Source: the human T2T-CHM13v2.0 reference genome, Homo sapiens | Reading direction: 5' to 3' (one strand) | Assembly (NCBI RefSeq): GCF_009914755.1 | Contig: NC_060936.1 | DNA length: 64,000 bases | Shown here: positions 13,401 through 27,587 of the stretch, piece after piece | How positions within the stretch are numbered: the stretch's first letter is position 1 | Layout: the number at the start of each line of letters is the position of its first letter | Program-made: the position numbers and the translations under genes | The notes under the pieces: generated by a model | Told to the model about the DNA's origin: nothing | What the model saw: only the letters and a program-made list of their open reading frames with translations | The model's database searches: none

Positions 13401-13693
13401 GGAACGGTTTCAGGAAGAAGCAGGGCCACAGCCATACTGCGTGGTGTTAGCCTGGAGGAGGGGATGGCATGCTTTGCTAATACCAGGGTCCTGGAGACAG
13501 ACAACAGAGTTTCCCTCATTCTGGAGCTTCTGACTCCCCACTCCCAACTCTGAGAGTCGTTCTCCTTCCCATAGGCTATGCAGTCTCATACAGCTGGGCT
13601 GCAGTGCCACACCTCACCAGTAGGTGCTGCCTTCAGCTCAATGTGACTCCAGCCTGAGCTTCGAGCTGTGGGTGCTAAGAAGTGGCTACCCCT

Positions 13694-13984
<291 letters not shown>

Positions 13985-14129
13985 GTGGCTACTCTTCCAG
14001 TCTGAGGGTTGTAGGTTGAGTATGTGTGGAAGAGAGCCCAGAGGCTGTGCAGGCAGCGTGTATGGGTGGTGAGGAAGTTGGGCCCCTCTTCCAGTGCCCC
14101 CACCAGCAGGTACACAGCCTTCCTCGCAC

Positions 14130-14350
14130 TCCTCCAACACCCCCTCCTTGCACCCCTCCAGCACACCCTCCTTGCACACCTCCAGCACCCCCTCCTTGCA
14201 CCCCTCCAGCACACCCTCCTTGCACCCTCCAGCAACCCTCCTTGTACCCCTCCAGCACACCCTCCTTGCACCCCTCCAGCACACCCTCCTTGCACCCTCC
14301 AGCAACCCTCCTTGCACACCTCTAGCACACCCTCCTTGCACACCTCCAGC
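14130..14350. repeat. VNTR, ~23-25 bp unit ccctccagcacaccctccttgcacc
   Basis: About 9 visible tandem copies. Confidence 0.9.
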
Positions 14351-17300
14351 AGCTGTGGGAGAGCTCCCTTTCCCTGGCTGCTCCTGCTGTCTGGGACGCT
14401 CCCCAGGGCTCTCCCATCTCTTTCTTTGCAGATGGCAATTTTCCCGAGGCAGCCCCTGCTCAGGTTGACCCCGGAACTGGGTCACTTCCTTTCCCCATCA
14501 GGCTCACCTTAGGAGTACAAGTTCTGGAGCAGCACCAGTGACTGCCACAAAGCCCCTGCCCTCCAAACGCCCGAGGGTGGGGACAACAGTCCACAAAACA
14601 GAGCAGGATGCAGTCGCTGGTGTCACGTGCTGTGGGCGCGGCATCGGCTCCTCCCGACCAGGGACATGAGCCCAGCCCCCAGGAGGTAGCAGCAGGGGAC
14701 TGTGGTAGGGCTGAAGGCAGGGCGTAGCATCTGCCTGCAAGTCCCTGTGGCCTGGGCAGGTTCGGGACAGAGGGGCCCCAGAGTCGGGCTCTGCTCTTGC
14801 TGAATGTGAGGGGCCCATAGTCATCATCCATGGCTCAACCAGGCCTGGGGACACTGTGAGGGCTCTGGGACTGTCCCGTCGGGAGCGAAGGCAGCGGAGA
14901 GAGGTACCACCCACCCACAGTTGTGCCAGGCACCTGCTCTCAGGATTCGGGGACGGCTTTGTGGGCTCCCAAAACAGGCAGGAAACCAGGACCAGCTGGG
15001 AGCTGGTAGGGACTGTGGGAGGTGGGGAAATGGAGTGTTGTGGACGAAAGCAGCCACTCCCTCTTTGCCCTGCCCTGCCCTGCCCTGAGCCAGGGAGCTG
15101 GACACCCACTGCAGTCCCCTGAGGCTGCTCAACCTTGGTGGGTGGGGAACTTGGAAAGTCTCAAGTCTGGACCCATGACATCCAGTCCCTGGGGGAGGCC
15201 CAGGAGTCCTGAAAGCTCCCCGAGGGAGCACTGTTTGCACTGGGCCAGGAGCCATGTTCTAGGGGCTCAGCTCCTTAAGAGGAAGCGGGAGCTGCGAGGA
15301 GGAGGGAGCGCAGGCTGTGGGGCTGGGGCAGGGGTGCGCTGTGTCCACACTCATTTCCACTCAGACACGGATGGCGGCAGCTCCGCCTCTGCATACCTGT
15401 GCTCCATTTCTGCAGGGGCGTCGCGTTCCCGTCTCCTGCTGGAACTGTGGCCCAGCCCAACTAGGGGGTGTGGGGGCCTGACCTCTGCCCCATCTCCCAG
15501 GGGGCCTGTCCTTGGCCTGGCAGGTCTGAGGAAGCCGTAGGCCCCTTCTCAGGGTTCTCCAGGGTCTGCATTAGAACAGCAGCCCAGGCAGCCCCCGACT
15601 CTCACCCTCGCTCCCAGGCCTGCAGGTGCAGAGGCTGGAGGCATGGTGGCCGGCCAGTCTCAGTTCATGCCCCTGTAGGATAGTCCTTGTCTGAATGTGA
15701 TGCCATGGGATGGGGTGTGAGAGTCGCCCTGGTGTGATCCGATTGGTGTGAGACTTCACCAGGGCTGCAGAGTATGGCTGTCAGAGTTGTGCACTGCACC
15801 GCTCCAGGGCTGCCATTCCCACCGTGCCGTATGTAGTGCGTGCATTTGCCCTGACCATTGCACATTCCCCGGGAGGGCACCTTCTGCTCAGTTTGCACAA
15901 GAGGACACGGGGGCTGGTGTGGGGCCTCTTGGGTGCTCCACTTTGGGCGGGGCCTGCGCAGGACAGTGCGTGCTTAGAGCCTTGGGGCGGGTCTGGGGAG
16001 CAGGTGGGGCGATGAGTCCGTGTGCATGGGGTGAGGTGTGTACAGGGCCAGTGTGACTGCTGTGGTAGAGAGGGGTGTGGGTGTGTGTATGCAGCCAGCG
16101 TGGCCCCTCAGCCTGCCGGCGCCTGTGGGTCTGCGTGGGTCTCTGTGTGCAGCCGGCGTGGCCCCTCAGCCTGGGGTGGTGTGTGTGCCTGCGGGTCTCC
16201 GTGCACCCTAGAGGGTTTCCTGGCTGCATGGCGGGGCCACTGCTGGCTCCCGTCTCTCTGGCCCCTTCCCAGCAACAGGACAGCTCAAGGGCACTAGAAC
16301 CGGACAGGCCAGGCCGCACCTGAGCCCCCGACTGAGCCCGAGCCTCCCAGTGGAACCATGTTTCTGTGGGCAACCCAGAGGCAGTGATTTTTGGACGTGC
16401 AGCCTGGAGCTGGGGGACGGTGTGGAGGGAGGGGGTTGGTGAGGGGAGGGGACCTTGGGGGAGGGGCTCTGTGCGCCTGGAGCCACCATGTTCCTACGGT
16501 TACTGCCAGAACCCTCAGGGCCCCAGTGCTCCTGGTCCCACCAGCGGCTGGTCTGCGGCTGCCCAGTGGAGTGCAGCTTGTAGGAGCAGGTTGCTGAGGG
16601 TTCAGGAAATTTGAAGCCGGCTGTTAAACTGTTAGTGGCTTCCATCAGCTTTGGTTTGGATACTGACGTCACAGAAACTGACAGGCGCTCCATGCTGGCC
16701 CACAGGGAGCTGTTCCTCCTGCCCTGCTCCTGCTGCACGCCCCACCTGCTGACATAACTGGACAGACTCAGCCTTCCTTCCCCACCCCAGGAAGCACAGG
16801 CTTGGTGGAGCAGCAGGGTGCCCTGTGAGGAGGGCAACTCAGGGCTGCAGTGTGTGTGCTGGGCCGTTGGTGCCGTCAGTGAGCTGTGTCCGGGGCCCTC
16901 CCCGGCCTGCGCTGCCTTTCCCCCCGCACCTGCCGCCTGGCAGACGGAGCCACCTTCTGTGTGCACTGGGAACAGTCACTCCTTTGTCACTCTAGGGGGG
17001 GCAGGGGCTTGGGTCGGCTCTGCTCACTGCCCAGAACGGTACCTGGCTCGTCAGGGCTCCATAAGCATCGGTTGGACGGGTGGACAGATAGGTGGGCAGA
17101 CCACAAGGCTGGGGTGGGCACAGGTGCAGTAGCTCCTGCCCACCCTCCAGGGCAAAAGGGGCCCCCTCTGGCCCCAGACGTGGACTTGTCATCCAGGGAC
17201 TGTGATCTTGTCCCTCCAGCTCCTGCTGGGAGTGGACGTGTGGCCTCCCCGGCCCCTGGTGTGGCTGGCAGCACTGAGAAGCGGCTGGGCTGAGGGCAGC

Positions 17301-18171
17301 CACCTTGGCTGTTTGAGGTCCTGCCTGGGGACAGAGTGGGGTGACCAGGACACAGATTCCCAGTTCTACAGGGTTTTTCGAGACGTGGGACTTTCAGAGC
17401 TAAAACCGGCCACCCGAGGAAGGGGAAGAGACCCCACCCCACGACCGGCCTGGCCACCTTTCAGGGCCTCCGGGTTTGGGAGGAGCACACGCAGGGCAGC
17501 CCACCGAGCCCCTCTGTGGCATGGGGGTGACGCGTTCCATCTGCGCCCAGCCCTGACCGGAGGTGGCTTTTGTGTGGGTGTGAAGTGTAGAGAGGTGCCC
17601 TACTCCTCACGGCTCAGCTGTGTGGGTGTTTCCGACCCACCTCCCTTCCCATCGGCCAGGTGTCCTTGGGCAGTGAGCAGCCTGCACCACTATACTCAGC
17701 AGCCCTGTGGCAGCCTTTCCCATCGCTGCCAGGTACTGCCCTGAGCCTCTGTCCCTAGAAGTGAGTGCAGGGCTCATGGGGCCATCGCCAATGGTCAGAC
17801 TCCCCAGGGGGCCGGTGATACACGGTTCCTGGAGCGGGCTGGAAACTCATTCCTTGCAGGCTCTGGGAGACGATGATGCATTCCCGGGACCCCGCGTTGA
17901 GAACCGCTAGGAGTGGGACACGTGGCTTCCTGCAGAGGTGGACAGAACCCCTGATGGCCCCAGCAGGGCAGCAAGTGTGGGACCCGGTGGGCAGGGCTGC
18001 CCAGCTGGGACCGTGGTGCCAGCTCCGGGGGTGAGAAAGGAGAGGTTGTGAGAGTCCAGCTGGTGACAACAGTGACCCCTGGTGGCCTGGAAGGTGCCGG
18101 CCCCGGGCTCTGCTGCACAGGCCGTGCCTCCACCTAAACCTCATTGCACCGAGGGGCCCTGCCAGGGTTCC

Positions 18172-18260
18172 CGAATGTTACAGTTACAGATGCCGAAACT
18201 GAGGCTGGGGCAGGCCAGTCGCTTGCCCGAGGCCACAGTGCCAGGAAGAGCCGGGCAGCC
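18172..18260 (-). mobile_element. MIR fragment
   Basis: ttacagatgccgaaactgaggct...cttgcccgaggccacag. Confidence 0.65.
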
Positions 18261-18954
18261 TGGCCAGGGCCTGTGAGGGCTACTGTGCAGCTGAGCAGGT
18301 CACTAGCCCACCACCCTGCCCCCGGCTCCCGCCCAGTAAGGCTCAGACTCCTCGGGGCTACATCCCTGCCCGGCCAGGGCCTCCTCCAGTGTGGGTGCCT
18401 GCTACTGTGCGGCTTGATGGACCTCATGGGCCGGGGGCATTTGACCTCAGGGGCCTGGGTGACATCCCTTAATTCGCACTGGCACCGTCTGCCTTGTGTG
18501 CACCCTGTCAGCCACCCAGGGAGGCCTGTTGCTGCAGGAGGTGCACAGAGCGGGCCTCTGGCTGAGCCGAAGGTCGGCAGGGAGCCAGGCTCATGGCTGC
18601 AGCGAGCCACACCAGCCAGTCCTGGGACGGGTTTCCCCGGGCTGGGGCGTGCTCCTGACTTGGATGACTCAAAGTAAAGAACCTCACCAGGGGCCCTGGC
18701 ATGCGAGGCCTGGGGGCCCAGATGTGCTGGGGCGTGTCACTACAAGGTGCAGAATTGTTCCAGATCCAAGTTGGCCAGAGAGGGAGACCGCTGGGCTTCC
18801 ACGTGAGTCTGGGCGCTGGCTGTGCAGGGGCGTCTCTGCTGGGCGCTGGCCAGCAGGAGCTCTGGCCTCTCACTTCCCTCAGCTTTGTGCAGGTTTGAAA
18901 TTATTTCCAAGTAAAAAAAGTAAATACATGCAGGGCTCGGGGTCTGGTCCCTGC

Positions 18955-19100
18955 ATGGTCACTTAACCTGTCTGCGCCTCTGTTTTCTCATCCGTGAAAT
19001 GTAAAGGAAAATAGTTTCTACTCGGGGCCACCGTGTGAGCAAATGTGTGAGTGTGTGCAAAGCGCCCGGGCCAGGCCCTGGCACGCATCGGCGCCCATGT
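18955..19100 (+). mobile_element. MIR; an antisense MIR core follows at ~19170-19240
   Basis: gtcacttaacctgtctgcgcctctgttttctcatccgtgaaatg...aaagcgcc...cctggcac. Confidence 0.7.
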
Positions 19101-19520
19101 TGGCTGGTGTCAGGGGTGGTGGCGGTGGGCGTGGGGCGTGGGGGTGGGGTGAAGGGAGTATGGGTGCTCCCTTCAGCAGGTGATGAAACTGAGGCACGGG
19201 GAGGCCGAGCAGTGGCCCAAGGGCCCATGGCCAGGGTCAGGCAGGTCCCACCACCACCTCGCTGCTTGCTCTGGCATGGAGCCGACCGAAGGAGGTGCTG
19301 TGGGCACAGCCAGGGGACAGTGGGTGGCACTGAGGCTCGACCTGGAGGTCATAGCCCTGTACAGCCAGATGGGGTGGTGCGAACCAGCCAGGGTGTGGGT
19401 GGAGGCCCTGCCTGTGGTCCCTAGCACCCCCAGGATGCCTTCAAAGTCAGCGGCTTGTGGAAGGGGCGGCTCCAAGCACGTGGCGGTTCTCGTGTCACTG
19501 AGCCGGTGGGTCCTGGGTAG

Positions 19521-20075
<555 letters not shown>

Positions 20076-21641
20076 TAGGGTCCGGTTTCCCACCAAGGCT
20101 TTGTCTTAGCAATGAGCATTTTGCCTTCGTTAAAGCGTGATTTTTTACTCATTAGGACTTTCCCATTAGGAGAGATTTAAATGAAGAAATGGTGAGTGAG
20201 CTGGCAGGAGCCCAGAGGCCAAAACGTTAAGCCTTGGACGCTGTGCCTGCACTGCTGGCCTGTGGGTGGAGGGCAGGCGGACGGCCGCCGAGTCTTGAGA
20301 TGGGCACTGGCGGGGCAGTGGGGAGGTTTCTGCTGACTGGAACTTGAGGCATCTCATTATCATTTAAATGAAGGCCTCACTGCCCGGCTCCCCATCTTGT
20401 TGCCACAAGTTAGGAAAATAGGCTGGGAATTACCTGGGACTGCCGCTGCCTTGGTTTGTCCTCTAATTGCCAGCCCCTGGTGAAGGAAGTCACATTCTGG
20501 GCACAATGCAGCAGCTGGGGCTGAGGCTCAAACTCAGGGCAACGAAGGCCCTCCCACCCCTCTGGCAGCTGGGAGCTGGCGGGTGGGCCCATCGGGACCC
20601 AGGGCCTTGGGCTCTGTCCCCTGACATCCTGGGGCCCTTCAGGAGCTGACCTGTCCCCGGCAAGGGTCTGTCTTGGGAAGGGGAGGGGGTGTCCTCCCTG
20701 ACTCTGCAGTGGGGGTTGTGGATTGATTTGGGAGAGTGGAGGACTGCCGTCAGCTGGCCCCAAAGCCCTCCTTTTCTTCCTCTGCCTTGCCTCTCAGAGG
20801 GGGTGTTGGATCTTTGCATCTGCCCCCCACTCCTCAGGGGGCTCTGGACCCTCCCTGTGAGCCCCACTTGCCCAGCTCAGTGACCCACCCCATCCACTAC
20901 AGCAGCCCTGAGCCTGTTTCCCCACCCCTCCTGCTGGGGGAGGCCCTGGTGGTCTGAGTGTGTAGCTGGTGTGATCCATACCTCTGTCCTGAAGACCTCA
21001 CAACACCCACTCGAGCCAGAGGGATCCAAGGGTGTGGGGGACCTCAGCAGCCCCTGCAGGCCAGAGGGATCCCCACCAGAGGTGTGGGGGGCCCCTAGCT
21101 GCCCCTGCAGACCAGAGTGTGCCCTGATGTCTGAGGGGCCCCCAGCTACCATCCCCCAGCCCCAACCCCCACCACCTGTCAGGCCCCTGTGGTGAACCCT
21201 CCTTTGAGGGCTCCATCTGGTACCTCCTCCCGGAAGCCTTCCTTGTCTAGCCAGGGCACCCTCCCCAAAGTCCTGCAACCATGGACCCCTCTGGCGGGTG
21301 GGCACGGAGGGAGGTCAGCAGAAGCTGGGGCCCTGGGCTGACCTCCCCCAGGTCTTCCTGCCTCCTCTGAGGAGCATTTCTGGTGGGGCCTTCCCTCTTG
21401 GGGACAGGGAGCTAGCCAAGGGCGTCCCTGTGGGAGCCTCCTCGGGTTTGGATCCCAGAGCTGCTGCAGGGGAGCCTCAGACTGGCTGGGCCCCTCAGGA
21501 GGACGACAGCCCCTGGGGAGGACCCCACCACGACGCCTAACTCTGTCCTCCTCCCTGCGGCCTCAGCCCTCGTGGCCCCTGCCTGAGAGGATGTCTCGCT
21601 GGTGGTCTTGGGTCTGGGCATCTGGACCTGTCCCCATCCGA

Positions 21642-21947
21642 GTTGAGGGCTGCGGGGCTGCGGGGCAGGGTTGAGGGCTGCGGGGCTGCGGGGCAGGGTT
21701 GAGGGCTGCGGGGCTGCGGGGCAGGGTTGTGGGCTGCGGGGCTGTGGGGCAGGGTTGTGGGCTGCGGGGCTGTGGGGCAGGGTTGAGGGCTGCGGGGCAG
21801 GGTTGAGGGCTGTGGGGCTGTGGGGCAGGGTTGTGGGCTGCGGGGCTGCCGGGCAGGGTTGAGGGCTTCGGGTCTGTGGATCTGCGGGGCAGGGCTGTGA
21901 GCTGCAGGGCTGCGGGGCAGGGCTAAGGGCTGAGGGCTGCGGGGCAG
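21642..21947. repeat. G-rich 28-bp VNTR (gggttgagggctgcggggctgcggggca), G4-capable
   Basis: About 11 copies, each with four G-tracts. Confidence 0.92.
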
Positions 21948-22018
21948 CTGTCGGGTGCATCCCTGGGAGTTTGTTCCGAGTGGCAGCCTCACTGACTGTC
22001 CCCTCTTCCTTCCTGCAG

Positions 22019-22054
22019 AGCTCTGCGCATGCGGTCTCGGGGAGAGGCTACTCT
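22019..22054 (+). CDS. FBRSL1: FBRSL1 exon 4 (36 nt, phase 0/0): SSAHAVSGRGYS
   Basis: Branch point cactgac ~21990, acceptor ccctcttccttcctgcag|AGC, donor TCT|gtaagt. Confidence 0.92.
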
Positions 22055-22614
22055 GTAAGTCTCCCAGCACCCCTCCTCCATCTTTGTCCCCCTGGGGCCT
22101 TAGGACCAGGTCCCCACCTCACCTGTCCGAGGCCCCACAACTTAGCTCACCCCAGTCCCGTGCCCGCTTTCCCTCTGGAGCCCCAGACTGGTTCTGGCCT
22201 CAAACACCATGGGGTTGGTGGGGGGTGGACAAGCTCCAGAGTGAAGATTTGGGGGTGCGTCCTGCTCACGGTTTGCCAGGGGGCCCCCAGGCTAACATGC
22301 TGCCCCAGGGGGACGGGCTGGCCCTGTGGCTGTGGCCTTGCCAGGAGCCTCAGAGTAGTCAGCCTGCACAGACCCCAGCTGCAGCTAAGGGTGCCGGGAT
22401 CCGCGGGGCCAAGGCCGGGCTGCTTCTTGGGGTCCTGTTGGGGGCCTGGGACATTTGGTGTGGGAGGTGCCCATGGTGTGAGCAGCCACCTCCAATGCCC
22501 TGACCGGCACCTGCCTCACCCCGGACAGAAAGGCCTGGGCCCAGGCTGGGCAACACCCAGGGAGCCAGCACCCCGTGGCGGGCAGGGGGAAGGAGACCTG
22601 TGTGCAGCCTTCAT

Positions 22615-22930
22615 GACGGGTGTGTGCCCAGGGGGAGCGGGTGTGTTTCCCGGGGGGAGCGGGTGTCTGCCTGGGGGGAGCGGGTGTGTGTCCGGGGGAG
22701 CGGGTGTGTTTCAGTGTGTGCTGTGCCTCCCCGTGGGTGCACGGGTGTGTTTCAGTGTGTGCCTGAGGGAAGCAGGTGTGTTTCAGTGTGTGCCGTGCCT
22801 CCCTGTGGGTGCACGGGTGTGTTTCAGGGTGTGCCCGGGGGAAGCAGGTGTGTTTCAGTGTGTGCCGTGCCTCCCCGTGGGTACACGGGTGTGTTTCAGG
22901 GTGTGCCATGCCTCCCCGTGGGTGCACATG
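22615..22930. repeat. GT-rich composite VNTR (gggtgtgtttcagtgtgtgccgtgcctccccgtgggtgcac)
   Basis: Visible tandem units. Confidence 0.85.
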
Positions 22931-23579
22931 GCACGGTGGAGGGCTCCTTGCACATGTGCCTGGACTTGCTGTGGGAATGGCCTGGGAGGCTGGGCGCCGA
23001 CCCCTGCCCCCCGGACCTGGAGGCCCAGCACCATCTCCCCGGCCCCCATCACCACTGTCCCCTGCCCTCCTCATGACTGTGTTTCATTTTCCCTTAAGTA
23101 TCAGGAGGAACATTAATGACAACATAAAACCCAGAGCTCCATAAAAGCCATTTCTACAGATTGACGGCCTGCTGGGCTCGTGGGAGGGTGGGGGCCTGGA
23201 CTCTGCCCACCCCATCCCTGCAGCCCCCGAAATTTCCAGGCCATAGAGGCTCCCTCACTAAACCACAGCAGCTTTTTATAGGGTGTGTAATTAAACCAGG
23301 AATGACCCAGTGTGGCCAGGCCAGAGGGGACACAGCCTGGTGGGGACGGCCCCCCACTGTCTCTGTCCCACAGCTTCTGCTGGTGGCAGAGCAGGAAGCG
23401 GCAAGGGAGCGGCATGGGCGGCGCGGCCACAGGCCAGGAGTGGACCCCAGGATCCCTGGACCCAGCCTCATGGGCAGGAATTGGCCACTTGGCTGGGTCA
23501 CAGCAGGGGCTCAGCCAGGCCCTTTGCACCCCCACCCCAGCTCCCCTGAGGCTGCCCTTTCACCTGAGGGTCTGTCTAA

Positions 23580-23875
23580 AGCCCTGGGCTCAGCTCTACC
23601 ATCCTGGGCTCTTCTCTGCCACCCTGGGCTCGGCTCTGCCACCCTGGGCTCTTCTCTGCCACCCTGGGCTCTGCCACCCTGGGCTCTTCTCTGCCACCCT
23701 AAGCTCTGCCACCCTGGGCTTGGCTCTGCCACCCTGGGCTCGGCTCTGCACCCCTGGGCTCTGCCCCCCTGGGCTCTTCTCTGCCACCCTGGGCTCTACC
23801 ACCCTGGGCTCTTCTCTGCCACCCTGGGCTCTTCTCTGCCACCCTGGGCTCAGCTCTGCCACCCTGGGCTCTGCC
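23580..23875. repeat. 15-20 bp VNTR (ctctgccaccctgggctctt)
   Basis: Visible tandem units. Confidence 0.9.
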
Positions 23876-24099
23876 TTTGGCCTCTCACCTGGTTTGGCCC
23901 AGAGTCCGTGAGCTGTTGACCTGGGGTGGCTGGAGCTCACTTCTGGGCAGTGGTTCCTGGAGCAGCTGCCTGCCCAAGGGCCCTCTTCCTAGGGTTTCCT
24001 TCCTCCTGTGCTGCATGGGGTCTCAGGCAGCCTTGCTGTTGTCACCTGTGCGCGGGGGCAACCCCTCAGAGGTGGCTGTGGGTGTCCTGACAGCCATGG

Positions 24100-24277
24100 T
24101 CATGAGTATGATGACACTCCTCCGCCCTTCCCATTGTCATGAGTATGATGACACTCCTCCGCCCTTCCCATCATCATGAGTATGATGACACTCCTCTGCC
24201 CTTCCCATCGTCATGAGTATGATGACGCTCCTCCGCCCTTCCCATCATCATGAGTATGATGACACTCCTCCGCCCTT
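24100..24277. repeat. 37-bp VNTR x~5 (tcatgagtatgatgacactcctccgcccttcccatca)
   Basis: Units at 24100, 24137, 24174, 24211, 24248. Confidence 0.93.
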
Positions 24278-25437
24278 CTCTGGGCAGTGTCCTGACAGAC
24301 CAGCTCCTGGTGTGCGTGTTCAGGGTCAGAGTGTGGAAATGGGCTAAGGCCACCTGGCTCCGGCTGCTGGGAGGCACCTGGGTCAAGTGGGGTGTCCTGA
24401 TGCAGACTCCATGGGCAGGAGGACTGTGGCCCCCACATAGGTGCCAGACTGTGAGTGTCAGTGACATCTCCGAGTGCTGGGCAGGACTCCTGTCGGCTCA
24501 CTGTGGGTCAGGGGGAGGGCCGGGTCTTAAGCTCTGGAAGGTGGGCTCTGCCCCCTGTTGCTGGTGAGGTGTGCACGTGGCCACCTCCTGTGGCCACCCC
24601 AGCTGGTCTGAGGTCCCCAGGGCACCTGGGTCTCTCTGCCCTGAGCCACTGGGTGCCCTTCTGCTTCTGGGTCTCCACTCATTATTCAAGTCTTCTCCCC
24701 AGAGCACTCTGTGTTTCCTGAGAAAGCCCGTTATTAACTTGCCAGCTGCTTGCAGCTTAACCCCCACAGCCGAGGCACACAAGTGACAGATGGCGGGGTG
24801 GGGGGTGGGGCTGGGGGGTGGGGGGAGGGGGAAGGGGGGAGGGGCTGGCCTGCTGCACTGGGGATGGGGTTCCCCTCCAAGCCGCAGGAGCCTGGGAGGA
24901 CCCTGAGGGCTGCAGAGGGTCCTGTGCGTGTGCACTGGGCCCCAGCACACACATACCTGTTTCAGACCCTGGTGCATACAGATGGGCCCTGCCATGTGCA
25001 GGTGTGCGCCCGGGGCCTTGGTCCAGTGTGGCCCTCAGTTGCCCATGCTGTCAGCCCTGCGGGCCCCTTGTGTCCAGTGTGGGGGGGGGGTGCAGGTGAG
25101 AGCCCGGGGTGCAGGTGAGAGCCCAGGCTCCAGGCAGAGAGCAGGGAGGTGCCTGGCCTCCTTGGAAGTGCTCTTCCCCGGCACTGAGGACTGGAGGCAG
25201 GTGGAGGCCAGACCACCCCAGGGGTGGAGGACCAAGAACCGGTCCCATGGGACGCATGCCCAGGAGCAGGACAGGACCCAGGAGCAGGACAGGACCCAGG
25301 AGCAGGACAGGACCCAGGAGCAGGCGAGGGGCCCAGGCGAGGGTCTGGATTGTGCTGAAGCCTGGGACCCACTAGTGGGGGTTTGGGACTTCCCTGAGGC
25401 CTCAGACTCCTGGGTTGCTCCCTAGGCTGAGGCTGCC

Positions 25438-25810
25438 ATGTGTGTGTGGGCGTGTGTGTGCATGTGCATGTGTGTATGTGTGTGTGCGTGCATGTGTGCA
25501 TGTGCGTGTGGGCAGGTCTGTGCCTGTCCTGTGTGCAGCTCGTGTCCGTGGTACCCCCGTGTGGTGGGCTGCATGGGGCTGTGCGTTGCCTTGTAGAACA
25601 GTGTCACGGGTTCCTCTCTGGGCCTCTGTGTGTGCGTGTGTGTGTGTGTGTGCACCCGCGTGTGTGTGACCTGTGTTTGTGTGTTTGCATGCTGTGCATG
25701 TGGCATTGTGTTGTGCACATGGCGTTGCGTGTTGTGCACTTGGCGTTGTGTGTTGTGCACGTGGCGTTGTGTGTTGTGCACGTGGCGTTGCGTGTTGTGC
25801 ACGTGTGCAC
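25438..25810. repeat. (TG)n/GCAC low-complexity tract
   Basis: Directly visible. Confidence 0.85.
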
Positions 25811-27136
25811 CCCTTGCCACCTGCCTGTGACTGGGGCCTCCAGCCTAATGAGAAGGCACAGCCAGGCCAGCAGCCTCCCGTGTTGCTGAGTGGCACAGGC
25901 ATTCATCACCTGGTCTGGTTTTATGAACCATCCTTAGAGTGGTGTAATTTTGTCCACATTGGTGGCCAGCAAAGCCCCAGCTATTGCTCATCCTCAGCAG
26001 CTTGTGCCCCAAGTGTGTGGTTTGGCCTTCTCAGCCACCGTCAGTGCTGTAAGGTAGAGTTGCTTCCACCCAAGGATGTGGTGACTGACTCCAGCGTGGC
26101 AGGGGGCTAGTGGATCGATTAGACAGAATGAGGATCCACAAGAGCTTGCTGGGGTTGGAGCCATTCCTGCCGGCACAGGACCCTGGCTTGCCCTCCCACA
26201 CCCATGCACAGAATGTTCTGGAGGGGCCTTTGGCCAGCAGGAGCCAGAGTGAGGGGCTGGGTGAGCTGCAGGGTGGTGGTGGCAGCCCATGGTGAGGCCC
26301 AGGCCTCAGGGACCCATCTCACCCTGCACACGGCATTTAGTTACCAGATCATCCCGTTCTCCAGACAGGATCACAGGCCCAGAGAGGCCAACAGGGCCAC
26401 CCACCTCAGTGACTGGGAGCTGAGACCCTCAGACCTCCCTCACCACTCGGCCATGCCCACCCAGAATTCTCCTCCATGCGGCTGCCCAGCCCCTTGTGCC
26501 CGTCAAGAAGAGCCATCTGCCTGGCTATGCCCACATGCCCTACTCTGCCCCCAGTAGCACCCACTTGGCCACAGCCCCCCCAGGCCCTTCCTGTCCCCAC
26601 TGGCAAGGTCCTCCATCAGGGTCACAGATGCCCACCCTGCACAAACTGAGGTGTGGAGAAATCCGTCCCCTTGCCTCCCCTCCAGCCCATGTGTGCTGAG
26701 CGTGTCCATGGCCGGGCATGCACACAGGGAGAAAGATGGGAAAGACCTGGGTAAGGGAAGCCAAGGAGTCGCTGTCCCAGGCGGGGTGTTAAGCGCAGCG
26801 CAGGAGGGTGGGAGGGGGGGCCAGGCCAGCCGAAGCAGGCATAGGTTTGAACAGAGGGGCCGGTGAGAGGCCCTGAGGCCCCTGAGGAAGGAGCCCACCC
26901 CGTGTGCTTGGGGGCATGCCTGGGACAGGGAGGCTGGAGGTGGGTGGGAGGAGCAGAGACCCAGCCAGGTGGGACACTGCAGATGCCCACCAGCCGCTGG
27001 GGTCCCGCTGCCCTCGCTCTGTGCCAGGGCCCGATACAGGCGCTGTCTTTACAAGGCAGGTTTGTGACACTCATTACGGGGCTCCTTGGGCCTCTTCTGA
27101 GCAGCCACAACTTGTACAGAAGCAATAAAAACCCAT

Positions 27137-27587
27137 CAGCCTCTCCCTGGAGTCAGAGAGCCACGGTCTCCTCCCAACCCAGCCTCTCCCTGGAGTCAGA
27201 GAGCTGCAGTCTCCTCCCGACCCAGCCTCTCCCTGGAGTCAGAGAGCTGCAGTCTCCTCCCGACCCAGCCTCTCCCTGGAGTCAGAGAGCCACAGTCTCC
27301 TCCCGACCCAGCCACAGTCTCCTCCCGACCCAGCCTCTCCCTGGAGTCAGAGAGCCTCAGTCTCCTCCCGACCCAGCCTCTCCCTGGAGTCAGAGAGCCT
27401 CAGTCTCCTCCCGACCCAGCCTCTCCCTGGAGTCAGAGAGCCACAGTCTCCTCCCGACCCAGCCTCTCCCTGGAGTCAGAGAGCCTCAGTCTCCTCCCGA
27501 CCCAGCCTCTCCCTGGAGTCAGAGAGCCACAGTCTCCTCCCGACCCAGCCTCTCCCTGGAGTCAGAGAGCCACAGTCTCCTCCCAAC
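27137..27587. repeat. 43-bp VNTR x~10 (cagcctctccctggagtcagagagccacagtctcctcccgacc)
   Basis: Period 43 (27137, 27180, ...). Confidence 0.95.

Noticed and set aside
24100-24300. Repeated box C motif (ATGATGA) with CTGA at ~24292, suggesting a C/D snoRNA
   Set aside because: The motif is part of the VNTR unit; no terminal stem or recognisable guide sequence.
27113-27129. TGTA plus AATAAA as an intron 4 poly(A) site
   Set aside because: No downstream U/GU-rich element (it runs into a C-rich VNTR) and no convincing upstream terminal exon.
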